From the IMG/VR virus record IMGVR_UViG_3300042878_002532, positions 49,294-113,293 of that record: a stretch of 64,000 nucleotides of DNA, one strand, 5' to 3'. Shown piece by piece: positions 20,301 through 28,475 of the stretch; the stretch's first letter is position 1, and each line of letters starts with the position of its first letter. The stretch comes from a virus. Below the pieces are notes generated by a model. It saw only the letters and a program-made list of their open reading frames with translations, made no database searches and was not told the origin of the DNA. Position numbers and translations under genes: made by a program.

Positions 20301-23300
20301 ATTGATATTGTCGGGCTATTTTCGTAAGTAACGTAGATATCACCGTTGTCTGTGTTTATCAACATGTCCGCTGCCGTGTTGGTTAATGTTATAGATGTTA
20401 CTATTATGTTTAATACAGGATCGACAACCCATAATTTGGTTTTTGATAGACAATATAGGAAGCTATTGAAAGTATTGAATTCTATCTCTATACTATCAGT
20501 GTTTCCTGTAAGATATATTGTAGATAGATATACTCCGGTATATGCATCCATTGCACTAAGATTGTCTCCTAACACAAAAACAGAGTTGGATAGCTGTATG
20601 TATTTCATATCAATAAGATTTGAAACTCCAGGCTGTCCACTTATGTTATAGTTTATTGTTTCGTAGTCGTTGAAGTTATAGTTTACACCAAACATCTCTT
20701 GATTATGTTGTATAGGGTTGAATGGCCCTCCTTGTCCTGTTGGTCCTACCGCAGGATCACACGTAGTCTGTCCAAATCCTATAGTGAATGCTAAAGTTAT
20801 GAATCCAGATGATCTACAAGGTGCACTTTCTAATCCCCAGAAAGGTCCTTGGTAGTTAAGACTCATAATCTTTGGATCAACACTAAGAAGATTATATTTT
20901 ACGTCTTGTAAAGGATGAGGTGTACTATTTACACCAATTACTCTTCCTGTTCCAAACCCCGCATCTTCAAAAGATGAATTTGCATCGGATTTTATTAGTC
21001 TTACTTCATTTCCAGTAACAATAGTTCCTTTGTTTCCTTTAATCTTTTTAGTTATCACATAGTCTGTCTGACCAGGTAGCATAATCTTACCGGTCTTTAT
21101 GGTATAGTCAAGTCTTCTGTCTGTTCTTTTGACATCAAACTTCAATAGATTATTTATACTTTTAACTATTATTCCGTATGTTTCTAATACTGGAGCATGT
21201 TCTTCTGTCCATGCTACCAATGTTGCGGGAATATCCGGTAATTTCACGGTTGCGGTTGATGATGTTGATGATACGGTCGCACCTGTGTTGTCAAGGAAGG
21301 TTCCGTATATTGTCTGCATCTCATATGGTTTGCTGTTTATTGTAAACGATAGATTTCCACCTATTTCATTGAATAAAACTTTAGAGTGTTCTATATGATA
21401 ATCTGCGGTTGTTCCTACTTCTATTCGATTTATTTCTATAGGTATGTTAGGATATTCCGATCTTATTACAATGGCGTTGTAGAATGGTGAAACATAACTT
21501 CCTAAGTATTCTAAATCTGCTGTGATTCCTAATGCACGAAGTCTGACAAAGTTTCTAGATAACCAGTTTCTTAGAGTTCTATCTATAGTTCTTTGCATAT
21601 CTGGTGCCGCACCTGAATATATCCAAGCCACTTCTTCTTCATATACTTGTTTGTTGATTACTAACTTTATTCCAAACTCATCTATATCTGTAAAGACTAT
21701 ATTATATTTGTAGTTTTCTGAGTAGTCGTAGTTTAACTCTTGTGTGAACTTTTCTTTTATCTCAATAAGTCTTTCATTAGTTTGAAATTGCTTACCTATC
21801 AAATAAGAGCTACAATTTGCGACCTCTGTATCGTATAGATTTGATAGAAACAAATAGTTATTTGATGGTATAGAACTCGATGATGATAAATCTGGTGGCA
21901 TCGAAAAAAGTTCTATTGCTTTTCTAATGATGAATGCTTCTCTATCTCCTAAATTTGCCAAACATGTACTTACGGTCTCTGTGTGGTAGAAATTAACTTC
22001 TGCATACTTACTTGGATACATCAAATCTGCTTTCAGTACTCCCTTATTTAAGTATAAATCTATATTTAATGAACTAAAATCGTCTTTATATTTTTCTGCA
22101 GCCATTGCTAATGTAACAGAACTACTTTGTGTATATCCCTGTTCAAAATATAGTCTATCTGTTGTTAAATAGATTTGACAATTGTTTACTATTTCATCAG
22201 TAAGTACTTGATCAACTGAAATATATGTTGGTTTTCCCCAATACTCTTTTGAGTTGGCGGGAGTGACAAATTGTGTGTTTACATTTGAATAGTCTTGTGT
22301 GTATGCCTTTATACATTGGTATACGTTGTTGTTATATAAAACCTGAGACTTTTCTGTATACACAACAAGTTCTGTTATGTTAGCAAAGTTGGGTACGTTA
22401 CTAACTGTAAGAAAGTTTGTATTTAATGTAGATCCAATTATTTTAAACTCTCTACCCGATTTTAATATTTTTGGAAATGCATTCAGATTTTTGAATGTTA
22501 TTCTACCATTTGCAATGGTTATTCCTCCGTCGTATATTTTAGGAACATCGGTTTTAGATATAAGTTCAATAAGAAGATTTTTATCAGTCTCAATATTTTT
22601 AAGGTAGTATTCAAAATGTACTGCATCAGTCACTTCGTTTTCTTTAACTGTATAGACACCATCATTTTTTTCACTATTTACTATATTTAGTTTTTTACCT
22701 GCGTAGTATTTGTCGTAAAAGTTTGGTTCGTTCCATTCCGAAAGGTTGTTTTTGTAGTCTGCGTCTATATAGTTGTATATTCCTAAGAGATTTGAACCTC
22801 TAAGTGTTACATCTTTTATCGATCCATTTGTGTATTCGACATAGTACATTGATTCAAACGTCGCGTTATCTACGTCTGTTAGTATCATTACTGCACCTTT
22901 TTTAGAACCGATTACTGCATAAGTCTTTTTAGTATCTTGAAACTCCAAAAACTCACTATCAAACATTATAAAAGTTCCAATAGGGAAAAATCTTTCAAAA
23001 TCCACACCGTATATCCATTTAGAATAGAAGCTTGGATCATTATTTACAGGTTCTATTGCAGCCATAGAAAATGTTCCTAATCTTGCTCCATAGAAGTGCA
23101 TTCCCCATTCGTTGAATATCTGAAACTTACTTAGAGTTAAATCTCCAGAAACTGCATATTCAAATGCCGGAAGATATTCCATTGTATATAGACCAATTGT
23201 CTTATAGATGTCTGATGAACTTTGGTGAAAAAGTAAATCTCCTTCGAATCTATCGACAGTGTTGTTGTACTTTATGTTTAGGTAATCGCCTTCCTTATTG

Positions 23301-23329
23301 AAGAAAACTAAGCTTTTATGGTTAGACAT
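17318..23329 (-). CDS. Very large structural protein, probably a baseplate wedge component, with a beta-propeller region
   Basis: 2003 aa. Repeated 'YN(P/E)...(I/V)Y(V/I)' propeller blades; PYIGSYKSIINAINFFGY resembles a wedge-protein motif; short CBM-like repeats (YMKGDKVTYYGKIYE). Confidence 0.55.
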   Translation of the reverse strand: MSNHKSLVFFNKEGDYLNIKYNNTVDRFEGDLLFHQSSSDIYKTIGLYTMEYLPAFEYAVSGDLTLSKFQIFNEWGMHFYGARLGTFSMAAIEPVNNDPSFYSKWIYGVDFERFFPIGTFIMFDSEFLEFQDTKKTYAVIGSKKGAVMILTDVDNATFESMYYVEYTNGSIKDVTLRGSNLLGIYNYIDADYKNNLSEWNEPNFYDKYYAGKKLNIVNSEKNDGVYTVKENEVTDAVHFEYYLKNIETDKNLLIELISKTDVPKIYDGGITIANGRITFKNLNAFPKILKSGREFKIIGSTLNTNFLTVSNVPNFANITELVVYTEKSQVLYNNNVYQCIKAYTQDYSNVNTQFVTPANSKEYWGKPTYISVDQVLTDEIVNNCQIYLTTDRLYFEQGYTQSSSVTLAMAAEKYKDDFSSLNIDLYLNKGVLKADLMYPSKYAEVNFYHTETVSTCLANLGDREAFIIRKAIELFSMPPDLSSSSSIPSNNYLFLSNLYDTEVANCSSYLIGKQFQTNERLIEIKEKFTQELNYDYSENYKYNIVFTDIDEFGIKLVINKQVYEEEVAWIYSGAAPDMQRTIDRTLRNWLSRNFVRLRALGITADLEYLGSYVSPFYNAIVIRSEYPNIPIEINRIEVGTTADYHIEHSKVLFNEIGGNLSFTINSKPYEMQTIYGTFLDNTGATVSSTSSTATVKLPDIPATLVAWTEEHAPVLETYGIIVKSINNLLKFDVKRTDRRLDYTIKTGKIMLPGQTDYVITKKIKGNKGTIVTGNEVRLIKSDANSSFEDAGFGTGRVIGVNSTPHPLQDVKYNLLSVDPKIMSLNYQGPFWGLESAPCRSSGFITLAFTIGFGQTTCDPAVGPTGQGGPFNPIQHNQEMFGVNYNFNDYETINYNISGQPGVSNLIDMKYIQLSNSVFVLGDNLSAMDAYTGVYLSTIYLTGNTDSIEIEFNTFNSFLYCLSKTKLWVVDPVLNIIVTSITLTNTAADMLINTDNGDIYVTYENSPTISIFSYKNVLITNLTTPSPTDTKTGKMVYNEFEKDIYITTDADLLIRVNGATRDIQTSYNIPDLAQSSIFYEPVNESVYVYADAQLWRIDNGLTASVPGMTMSEFVDVIYNNLTGEMNVSDKTFRFRSLNLTDNTINIDRNPSIYGRMALNQYDGGVYLASDTTSTVCVVDSANGVVVHTETTPAISKRILYNPEDKSIWTLQPSMANVFVIKPTVNSIVDIIGVTGSSIDEGQFGTLNPNYVKPTELWVKAYECVRRPRENFEGDVAVKYYWRWLTDENPEFFIYDLSGEQLEKTGPYTYKGPKPFKDVPLNKYPNRDINKVDLPEYQQIVFDSVEYELSYIDDQDDVSTEPTPLQLFLGFKAPEEGAYSSFLQLYKREEVEFSITSTPTNDTIISFDTLTSDGYKRGQIKLNMMSEETFIGKGLKVGQYLGIEIKDITNTKNQYISTNSGYVVKISEIYNKTIIVDFFNIDLDFFESEKTVITDYPKSGTTTYLKTTLFVTDREIARFKTIGQTEIEDPRFKIELGNVGKNIGHNEIFIFKDYDILEGGVDWNFLNMKRKELLMMKHLIYPYIGSYKSIINAINFFGYNDLQLNEYYRNINTTSENFLKLFKVEIPDIFDNSVEGWTENDFVKHTFPNENFEETNLFNLTYFITDKEGNNLLGYSIDDITIKLQGLKFWLKSNIIPLTHKILDITGRAYFTGGTQITHRVHDMRIVNIRESMTPISFKLNEAYLMPVNSGSTVYNCVLDFYTIVDGVGADKNPTGLVPPPRPYYEFKENMVLPEYFTIKIRTYKTYKEWAPFTNYMKGDKVTYYGKIYESAQDNNKVKSPRKNEDVEDWDANGTYGVTNIVKYNREMFVYSGLGATYSAIPPVLDQGDDQNWLNITEWLEIDLEPVQTIDEYRRILPPPKVGATHSIISMKENGPHKTPIIAPFNFALDSNIDPFIVIEISSENGYGAVYRDRKNYEIRGIKDLVDSSGMRDIIGPFTPIEPVY

Positions 23330-23410
23330 TTATATTGAATACTTTTTGATATATATTAAAAATGTGTTTCTTGATAATAATATATAGAGTATAAAAATCT
23401 TAAATAAATT

Positions 23411-24394
23411 ATGGCCAAAATAGATAAAGTGGAAAAATTCTTAAAAGAAGAAAAACCAAAGAAAATAAAAAATCTTGAAGTAGGTTTTGACATAGATTCT
23501 TTTGAAAAAGAAGAAGATACGGATACTCTTGGATTTAGATCAGAGTTTGAACCAATCGCTAAAGGTAAAGAAAAAACTCTTAAAAAAGAAATACAAGTTA
23601 CTACACCAGGATTAAAAAAATCTATCAAAAAGTTTGAGGATTTCAAGATTTCTATTTCTATTGATGAAGTAGAACCAGAAGAAGGTGTTCTTATGGGTGG
23701 TTTAACACCTAATGATGATGAAACTTGTTCAGATTGTGAATCTAATCCATGTGGGTGTGGATGTTCTGATTGTGATTGTGATCCTTGCGAATGTGGTGTT
23801 GGTGAAGAAGATGTTGCAAAGTTTTCTAACTTTAATGATGTCATTGGAGACTTATTTTCAGAGAGTTTAAAGTATCATTTGAAAAATAATAAACCAATCA
23901 CTGAAAACATATTTAGACCAGGTTCTGAGGCTTTCTATGATGTTCTTAAAGAAGCTAGAACACATTTTGATTCTAATAGAGTAAATCTAACGGGATTGGA
24001 TAAAGATTTGTTTGAGTCTACTGAAATAGGAAAGTTTGCTAAGTTCAATGGTGAGATAGTTCCTTTGGATCTTCCAATGGAAACGATTGAAGAAATGAAT
24101 GAGGCCGAATACAAAGGTAGAGAAGTTGAGTTGAATCATCCAATGAGAGGTGGTACTAAGAAGTATCATGTTTATGTTAAGAATCCTAAAACAGGTAATG
24201 TTAAAAAGATTGCGTTTGGTGATGTTCACGGTGGATTGACCGCAAAGGTTAGTGATCCTAAGGCTAGAAAGTCTTTTGCTGCTAGGCACAAATGTGATAT
24301 GAAGAAAGATAAGACTAAGGCCGGATATTGGGCTTGTAGAATAAACAAATACGGACATCTTTGGGGTGGAAAAACTTATCCTGGATACTGGTAA
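23411..24394 (+). CDS. Putative head-associated polyprotein with a Cys-rich cluster and a C-terminal DUF6321-like domain
   Basis: CSDCESNPCGCGCSDCDCDPCEC; VYVKNPKTGNVKKIAFGD...ARKSFAARHKC...AGYWAC. Confidence 0.65.
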   Translation: MAKIDKVEKFLKEEKPKKIKNLEVGFDIDSFEKEEDTDTLGFRSEFEPIAKGKEKTLKKEIQVTTPGLKKSIKKFEDFKISISIDEVEPEEGVLMGGLTPNDDETCSDCESNPCGCGCSDCDCDPCECGVGEEDVAKFSNFNDVIGDLFSESLKYHLKNNKPITENIFRPGSEAFYDVLKEARTHFDSNRVNLTGLDKDLFESTEIGKFAKFNGEIVPLDLPMETIEEMNEAEYKGREVELNHPMRGGTKKYHVYVKNPKTGNVKKIAFGDVHGGLTAKVSDPKARKSFAARHKCDMKKDKTKAGYWACRINKYGHLWGGKTYPGYW

Positions 24395-24397
24395 AAT

Positions 24398-24667
24398 ATG
24401 ACACTTCCATATAAAGAAACTAAAATAAGTGATAATACATTTATCAGAGAATTTAGTCAAGATACTGACTCTGGTGAGTTTATGTGGCATCGTGATAGGG
24501 AAGATAGAATAATCGAATCTATCGACGAAACTGATTGGATGGTGCAGATAGACAACGAACTACCAAAGAAGATAGAAGGTGAAGTTTTTATACCGATGGG
24601 TATTTATCATCGGTTGATAAAGGGAACTAACAATCTTAAAGTAAAGGTAATAAAGTTAAAAAAATGA
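24398..24667 (+). CDS. Small cupin-like protein
   Basis: EFMWHRDREDR...QIDNELP...FIPMGIYHRLIKG. Confidence 0.65.
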   Translation: MTLPYKETKISDNTFIREFSQDTDSGEFMWHRDREDRIIESIDETDWMVQIDNELPKKIEGEVFIPMGIYHRLIKGTNNLKVKVIKLKK

Positions 24668-24706
24668 TTTTTTTTTTAATATATACTCTATAAAAAAATA
24701 CTAAAT

Positions 24707-25090
24707 ATGAAACACTTAAAAAAATTTAATGAAGGATTCTTTTCGAATCTTTTTAAAGGAAAAGAAGATGAAACACCAGTAACTCCTGAAGAAGTTAAAT
24801 CAAAATCAACATCAGGTTCGGCTTTTGATAGAGATGAATTAAAAATTGAAGCGGAAGAAAAATTTAATTCTCTAGTAAAAGAATTAGATAGTAAGTTAAG
24901 AAATACAACTGAAAATTATATTGAAGTAAAACAAAATCCTGCCTTTAAAACCAAAAGTACAAAATCGGTAAACTCTTTTTTATTGAAAATGATTGAAGAT
25001 CATTATACACAAAGAGGATTTATAACCAATAGATCGTATGATGGTAGAGATAATGCTAAACATGATTGGTTTAGAATAATCGCTGACTAA
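24707..25090 (+). CDS. Protein with a capsid-targeting-like N-terminus
   Basis: MKHLKKFNE; TAATATATA at 24677-24685. Confidence 0.7.
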   Translation: MKHLKKFNEGFFSNLFKGKEDETPVTPEEVKSKSTSGSAFDRDELKIEAEEKFNSLVKELDSKLRNTTENYIEVKQNPAFKTKSTKSVNSFLLKMIEDHYTQRGFITNRSYDGRDNAKHDWFRIIAD

Positions 25091-25111
25091 ACAATACTAA
25101 AATAAAGTAAT

Positions 25112-25140
25112 AAAAAAACCACTCTAATGAGTGGTTTTCT
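25112..25140. terminator. CCACTC-family terminator hairpin
   Basis: AAAACCACTC-taat-GAGTGGTTTT. Confidence 0.75.
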
Positions 25141-25143
25141 TTT

Positions 25144-26268
25144 TTAGTCAATCTTTGACTTATAGTTTTCGTTGTAGAGTCTGATTACTTCGTCATACTC
25201 GCTTAGTATTCCATCTTTGAAATCAGAGTTCTCATATTTCTGTCTATCAATATATTCTCTGATATAAGTTTCATATTCAAGCTTTATAGAGATGTCCATA
25301 GATTCTTCATCTATCTCAACTGCTTCTGAGATAATATCTTCTCCATCTTCATTCTTTTGTACTATGTCGTCTATATACTCAACAGATGCGAAATTACCTT
25401 TCTCTAACATCATTTCAAGCTTTCTACGAAGCTTTCTATTATTGATAAGTAGATTGTTTGATATGGCTAAATCTATGTAGTCCTTCGTGTCCTTAATCTC
25501 ATCTAATCTATCAATATCCTCTTCAGTTATTACTCTGAACTTTCTGAATACTGGTGAGTAGTTGTTTGCATGAAAAGATACTTCATTTGTATCTAAATCT
25601 AATATAGTGATTCCTTTTTGGTCTCCCGTATCGTTTCTATCCATTTGGTACAAAGACCCTATGAATCTAAAATTTTTGTTCTGTTGAACAAGATGAATAT
25701 GGCCCGAAAATACATCTTTGTATCCACTAAAGTTCTCTACATCAATCTTATCTGCGTTTCTATGTGCAACAGAGTTTAGGTGCATTTTACAACCATTTAA
25801 GTCTGAGTGGCAAAATAGATAGTCTCCTGGATTACTACCAAGTTCTTTAATCATATCGAGTCTTTTCTCTACCCATGGTATTAGAACAAGCTTTTGATTG
25901 TTTACTTCGATTGTGGTAGTTTTTTCATATACGGTTATGTTTTTGTTCATATAACTGAACAATCTAACAGAGTTGACTTCGTTTGATCCTTTGTTAAATA
26001 AATCGTGGTTTCCAACCATTATATGAATTGGTATAATATCAGAGATATCTTTAAGTATTTTTTCCACTTTATTTGATATGTTTATAGGAATGGATGTTCT
26101 ATTATCGAATAAATCACCTAAGTGAATCAGTATGTCACCAGGCTTCGCGTTTTCTTTTAGATAGGGGATTACATAGTTATAGAATGTTGATTCCATCATA
26201 TTCATCCATTTATCTAGGTTGTTTAGATAGATACCAAAATGGGTATCTGTTATCATATATACTTTCAT
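25144..26268 (-). CDS. Recombination nuclease, Mre11/SbcD family (T4 gp47-like)
   Basis: ITDTHFG, HLGDLFDNR, VGNHD and FSGHIH metallophosphoesterase motifs. Confidence 0.88.
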   Translation of the reverse strand: MKVYMITDTHFGIYLNNLDKWMNMMESTFYNYVIPYLKENAKPGDILIHLGDLFDNRTSIPINISNKVEKILKDISDIIPIHIMVGNHDLFNKGSNEVNSVRLFSYMNKNITVYEKTTTIEVNNQKLVLIPWVEKRLDMIKELGSNPGDYLFCHSDLNGCKMHLNSVAHRNADKIDVENFSGYKDVFSGHIHLVQQNKNFRFIGSLYQMDRNDTGDQKGITILDLDTNEVSFHANNYSPVFRKFRVITEEDIDRLDEIKDTKDYIDLAISNNLLINNRKLRRKLEMMLEKGNFASVEYIDDIVQKNEDGEDIISEAVEIDEESMDISIKLEYETYIREYIDRQKYENSDFKDGILSEYDEVIRLYNENYKSKID

Positions 26269-26293
26269 TGAAAATGATAATTTTTTGTATGAT

Positions 26294-26321
26294 TTATATG
26301 ATTTTTATGTATTTAAGTTTA
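26294..26321 (-). promoter_or_regulatory. Putative middle-class promoter TAAAC-N18-TATAA
   Basis: Reverse-strand TAAACttaaatacataaaaatcaTATAA upstream of the nuclease gene. Confidence 0.6.
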
Positions 26322-26463
26322 AATAAGTGAAAATGGAAAAAAATTGCTTTTTTAATATAATATATACATTATAGTTAAGCCTTTAAAAAAACAGAAGGTA
26401 AAAAAATATTAATATATACATTATAATTGTTTACCAATTACATAAAAAATAAATAAAAAAAAT

Positions 26464-27087
26464 ATGCCATTACCACATTATACGCAGATTTCCAATGTTG
26501 GTTCTCCAGGTGGACCTGGAACACTACCAGATGAAGTAGTATACCTAAACTTGTTTGAGGTAACATTCGTGTTACCAGTTATCTTACAGGCACAAAAAAG
26601 AGATGCTCTTTTATTGTTAGAAAACGCTACTAAAATAAGTTTAGCAAACTTAACAGAGTTTGATACTGCTGCCAAAGAGCAAAGATTCAAATACTCTACA
26701 AGAGTTTTTCAAACAACTCCTACTAAGACTAGTGGTACGTTGGCAATACCTTTCCAGGTAAATGTTAATAACAATGGTTCTATGGAAGTTTGGAATACTT
26801 TGAAAGCTTGGTATGACTTACTTTTTAACTCTCAAAATGGTTCTCTTCACTACAAAAGTGATATGATTGGAACTATTATCGTAAATCAACATGATAAAAA
26901 GGGTGTTGTATTGAGAAGGGTTACTTTCCAAAACTGTCAAATGTCGAAACTTGCAGGTTACGAACTTGATTGGGCATCAAATGATATCATTCCAACAGTT
27001 AGTGCTGATTTTGTATATGATTACTTCATTGATGAATACATTGACTCAGGATTCTCTATTAATCCTCCACTTATTTCAGGATATTAA
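26464..27087 (+). CDS. Tail tube protein (T4 gp19-like)
   Basis: NLFEVTF...LKAWYDL...YKSDMIGTIIVNQHDKKG...ELDW...FVYDYF; two upstream TAATATATA elements (26358, 26410). Confidence 0.78.
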   Translation: MPLPHYTQISNVGSPGGPGTLPDEVVYLNLFEVTFVLPVILQAQKRDALLLLENATKISLANLTEFDTAAKEQRFKYSTRVFQTTPTKTSGTLAIPFQVNVNNNGSMEVWNTLKAWYDLLFNSQNGSLHYKSDMIGTIIVNQHDKKGVVLRRVTFQNCQMSKLAGYELDWASNDIIPTVSADFVYDYFIDEYIDSGFSINPPLISGY

Positions 27088-27096
27088 TACTAAATA

Positions 27097-27177
27097 TAAA
27101 AACCCACTCAATCGAGTGGGTTTTTTTATGTCTATTTTTATAACTAAAAAACCCACTCAAAATTTGAGTGGGTTTTT
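27097..27177. terminator. Tandem pair of CCCACTC-family terminators
   Basis: AACCCACTC-aatc-GAGTGGGTT and AACCCACTCAA-aat-TTGAGTGGGTT. Confidence 0.8.
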
Positions 27178-27180
27178 CTA

Positions 27181-27435
27181 TTAGAATTTTGGCATGCTTA
27201 TATTGCTTGTCATACTCGATGCGTTCTTCATCATCGAACCTGTATCTGGCATTCCTTTTTGTTGCTCTCCTTCGTCTTTCTTTCTTTGATTGTCTTCTTC
27301 TTCGACAATTTCGTTAACAAGTTTGATGTTTTCTTCAAACATCCAGAAAGGCCAATCATCCATTGACACTTCCTGTGTGTGAAAGTGTTTTTGGAGCATT
27401 AATTTATTCTTTAATATATGCTTCAAAGGCATCAT
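27181..27435 (-). CDS. Small baseplate-hub or tail-assembly chaperone partner (T4-like gp51-type)
   Basis: MMPLKHILKNKLMLQKHFH...SMDDWPFWMFE resembles the small ORF that follows gp26 in T4-like phages; overlaps the upstream gene. Confidence 0.5.
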   Translation of the reverse strand: MMPLKHILKNKLMLQKHFHTQEVSMDDWPFWMFEENIKLVNEIVEEEDNQRKKDEGEQQKGMPDTGSMMKNASSMTSNISMPKF

Positions 27436-28345
27436 GAATAACGAAAATACTTGAGGCTCCGTTGGGAAATTGCATATCTGTGTGGACCTCCTCACCACAC
27501 TGGCATAACTTTTTAAGTTCTTTTATTCCAAATGTCATCTTGCCCACAGCTGCATTCAAAAATTGAAATGAGATATCATCCATTTCTTCAAATTCTTTAA
27601 CTTTTGCTTTTACTCCGTCATATGTTATAGAAGTTCTACCATTCATCATAAAAGGAATGATTTTTAAGAAAGCTAAATTAGGATTTCTTTTTTCATTATT
27701 TTCTTTCATAATGTATTCTGTGAAAGCCTTTTGAAGTCCAATGTTAGGTGGAGTCAATTCAAAGGCTTTACCATTAACTGTTTTGAAATGATATGATCCT
27801 GAATTTCTGTTGTAGAATCTTTCAAGTTTTTCATCTATTTCATGGAAAACAAAGTTTTCTTTGTTTAGTGAGATTGCCACTTCTTCGCCACAACTACATT
27901 TTGCATTTACTGATAATGAATTTCCTGATTGGAAAGTAAGTTCTCTGATAAGAAAAACTAAGAATAGTCTATCTTGATCTTTGATATCTAAATAAGATCC
28001 TATTTTACCATCAGAATATTTAACTCTAACACATGATTGTAAAATATCATTCATTTTTTCCACTATGTCGTAGAAGTTCTGGTCGTCTACCATAGAGTAT
28101 GCTTGAATCTCTTTTACTTGTGCTGGTCTTACCATGAAAAGAGTTCCTGTTGGATAGAATTGTCCACAAGGTAATTCTCTGATATCGAAGTTGAAGTATT
28201 GTAAGTCACTTACTCTAGTTCCCTCTACTACAGGTTTTTGTGCGGTTGTATTGTCATTAAAGTTGTTCTGATTCTTACTTGGATCGATATCGTTTAGATG
28301 TCTCTTTAGGTAGTCCTCTTCACTCATTTCTTGTTCTTTAGACAT
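27404..28345 (-). CDS. Baseplate hub or tail-assembly chaperone (T4 gp26-like)
   Basis: LPCGQFYP, VRPAQVKE, DRLFLVFLIRELT and two CxC zinc sites; lies between the sheath and tube genes. Confidence 0.68.
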   Translation of the reverse strand: MSKEQEMSEEDYLKRHLNDIDPSKNQNNFNDNTTAQKPVVEGTRVSDLQYFNFDIRELPCGQFYPTGTLFMVRPAQVKEIQAYSMVDDQNFYDIVEKMNDILQSCVRVKYSDGKIGSYLDIKDQDRLFLVFLIRELTFQSGNSLSVNAKCSCGEEVAISLNKENFVFHEIDEKLERFYNRNSGSYHFKTVNGKAFELTPPNIGLQKAFTEYIMKENNEKRNPNLAFLKIIPFMMNGRTSITYDGVKAKVKEFEEMDDISFQFLNAAVGKMTFGIKELKKLCQCGEEVHTDMQFPNGASSIFVIHDAFEAYIKE

Positions 28346-28430
28346 AATGTTATTTGTTATTTTTTAAATATATATTAGATATATCTCTCTTCCTTATATC
28401 TTCAAATAACTATAAAGTTTTCATAAAACA

Positions 28431-28461
28431 AAAAAACCTCAAATTTCTTTGAGGTTTTTTT
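28431..28461. terminator. Terminator after the sheath gene
   Basis: AAAAAACCTCAAA-tttc-TTTGAGGTTTTTT. Confidence 0.75.
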
Positions 28462-28475
28462 ATTTTTAGTGTATA

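Noticed and set aside
23356-24490. Antisense ORFs of 162 and 167 aa
   Set aside because: They overlap better-supported plus-strand genes and have atypical composition.
25088-25115. TAAAC-N18-TAAAA promoter-like match
   Set aside because: It runs straight into a terminator with no downstream sense gene, so it is probably a chance match.
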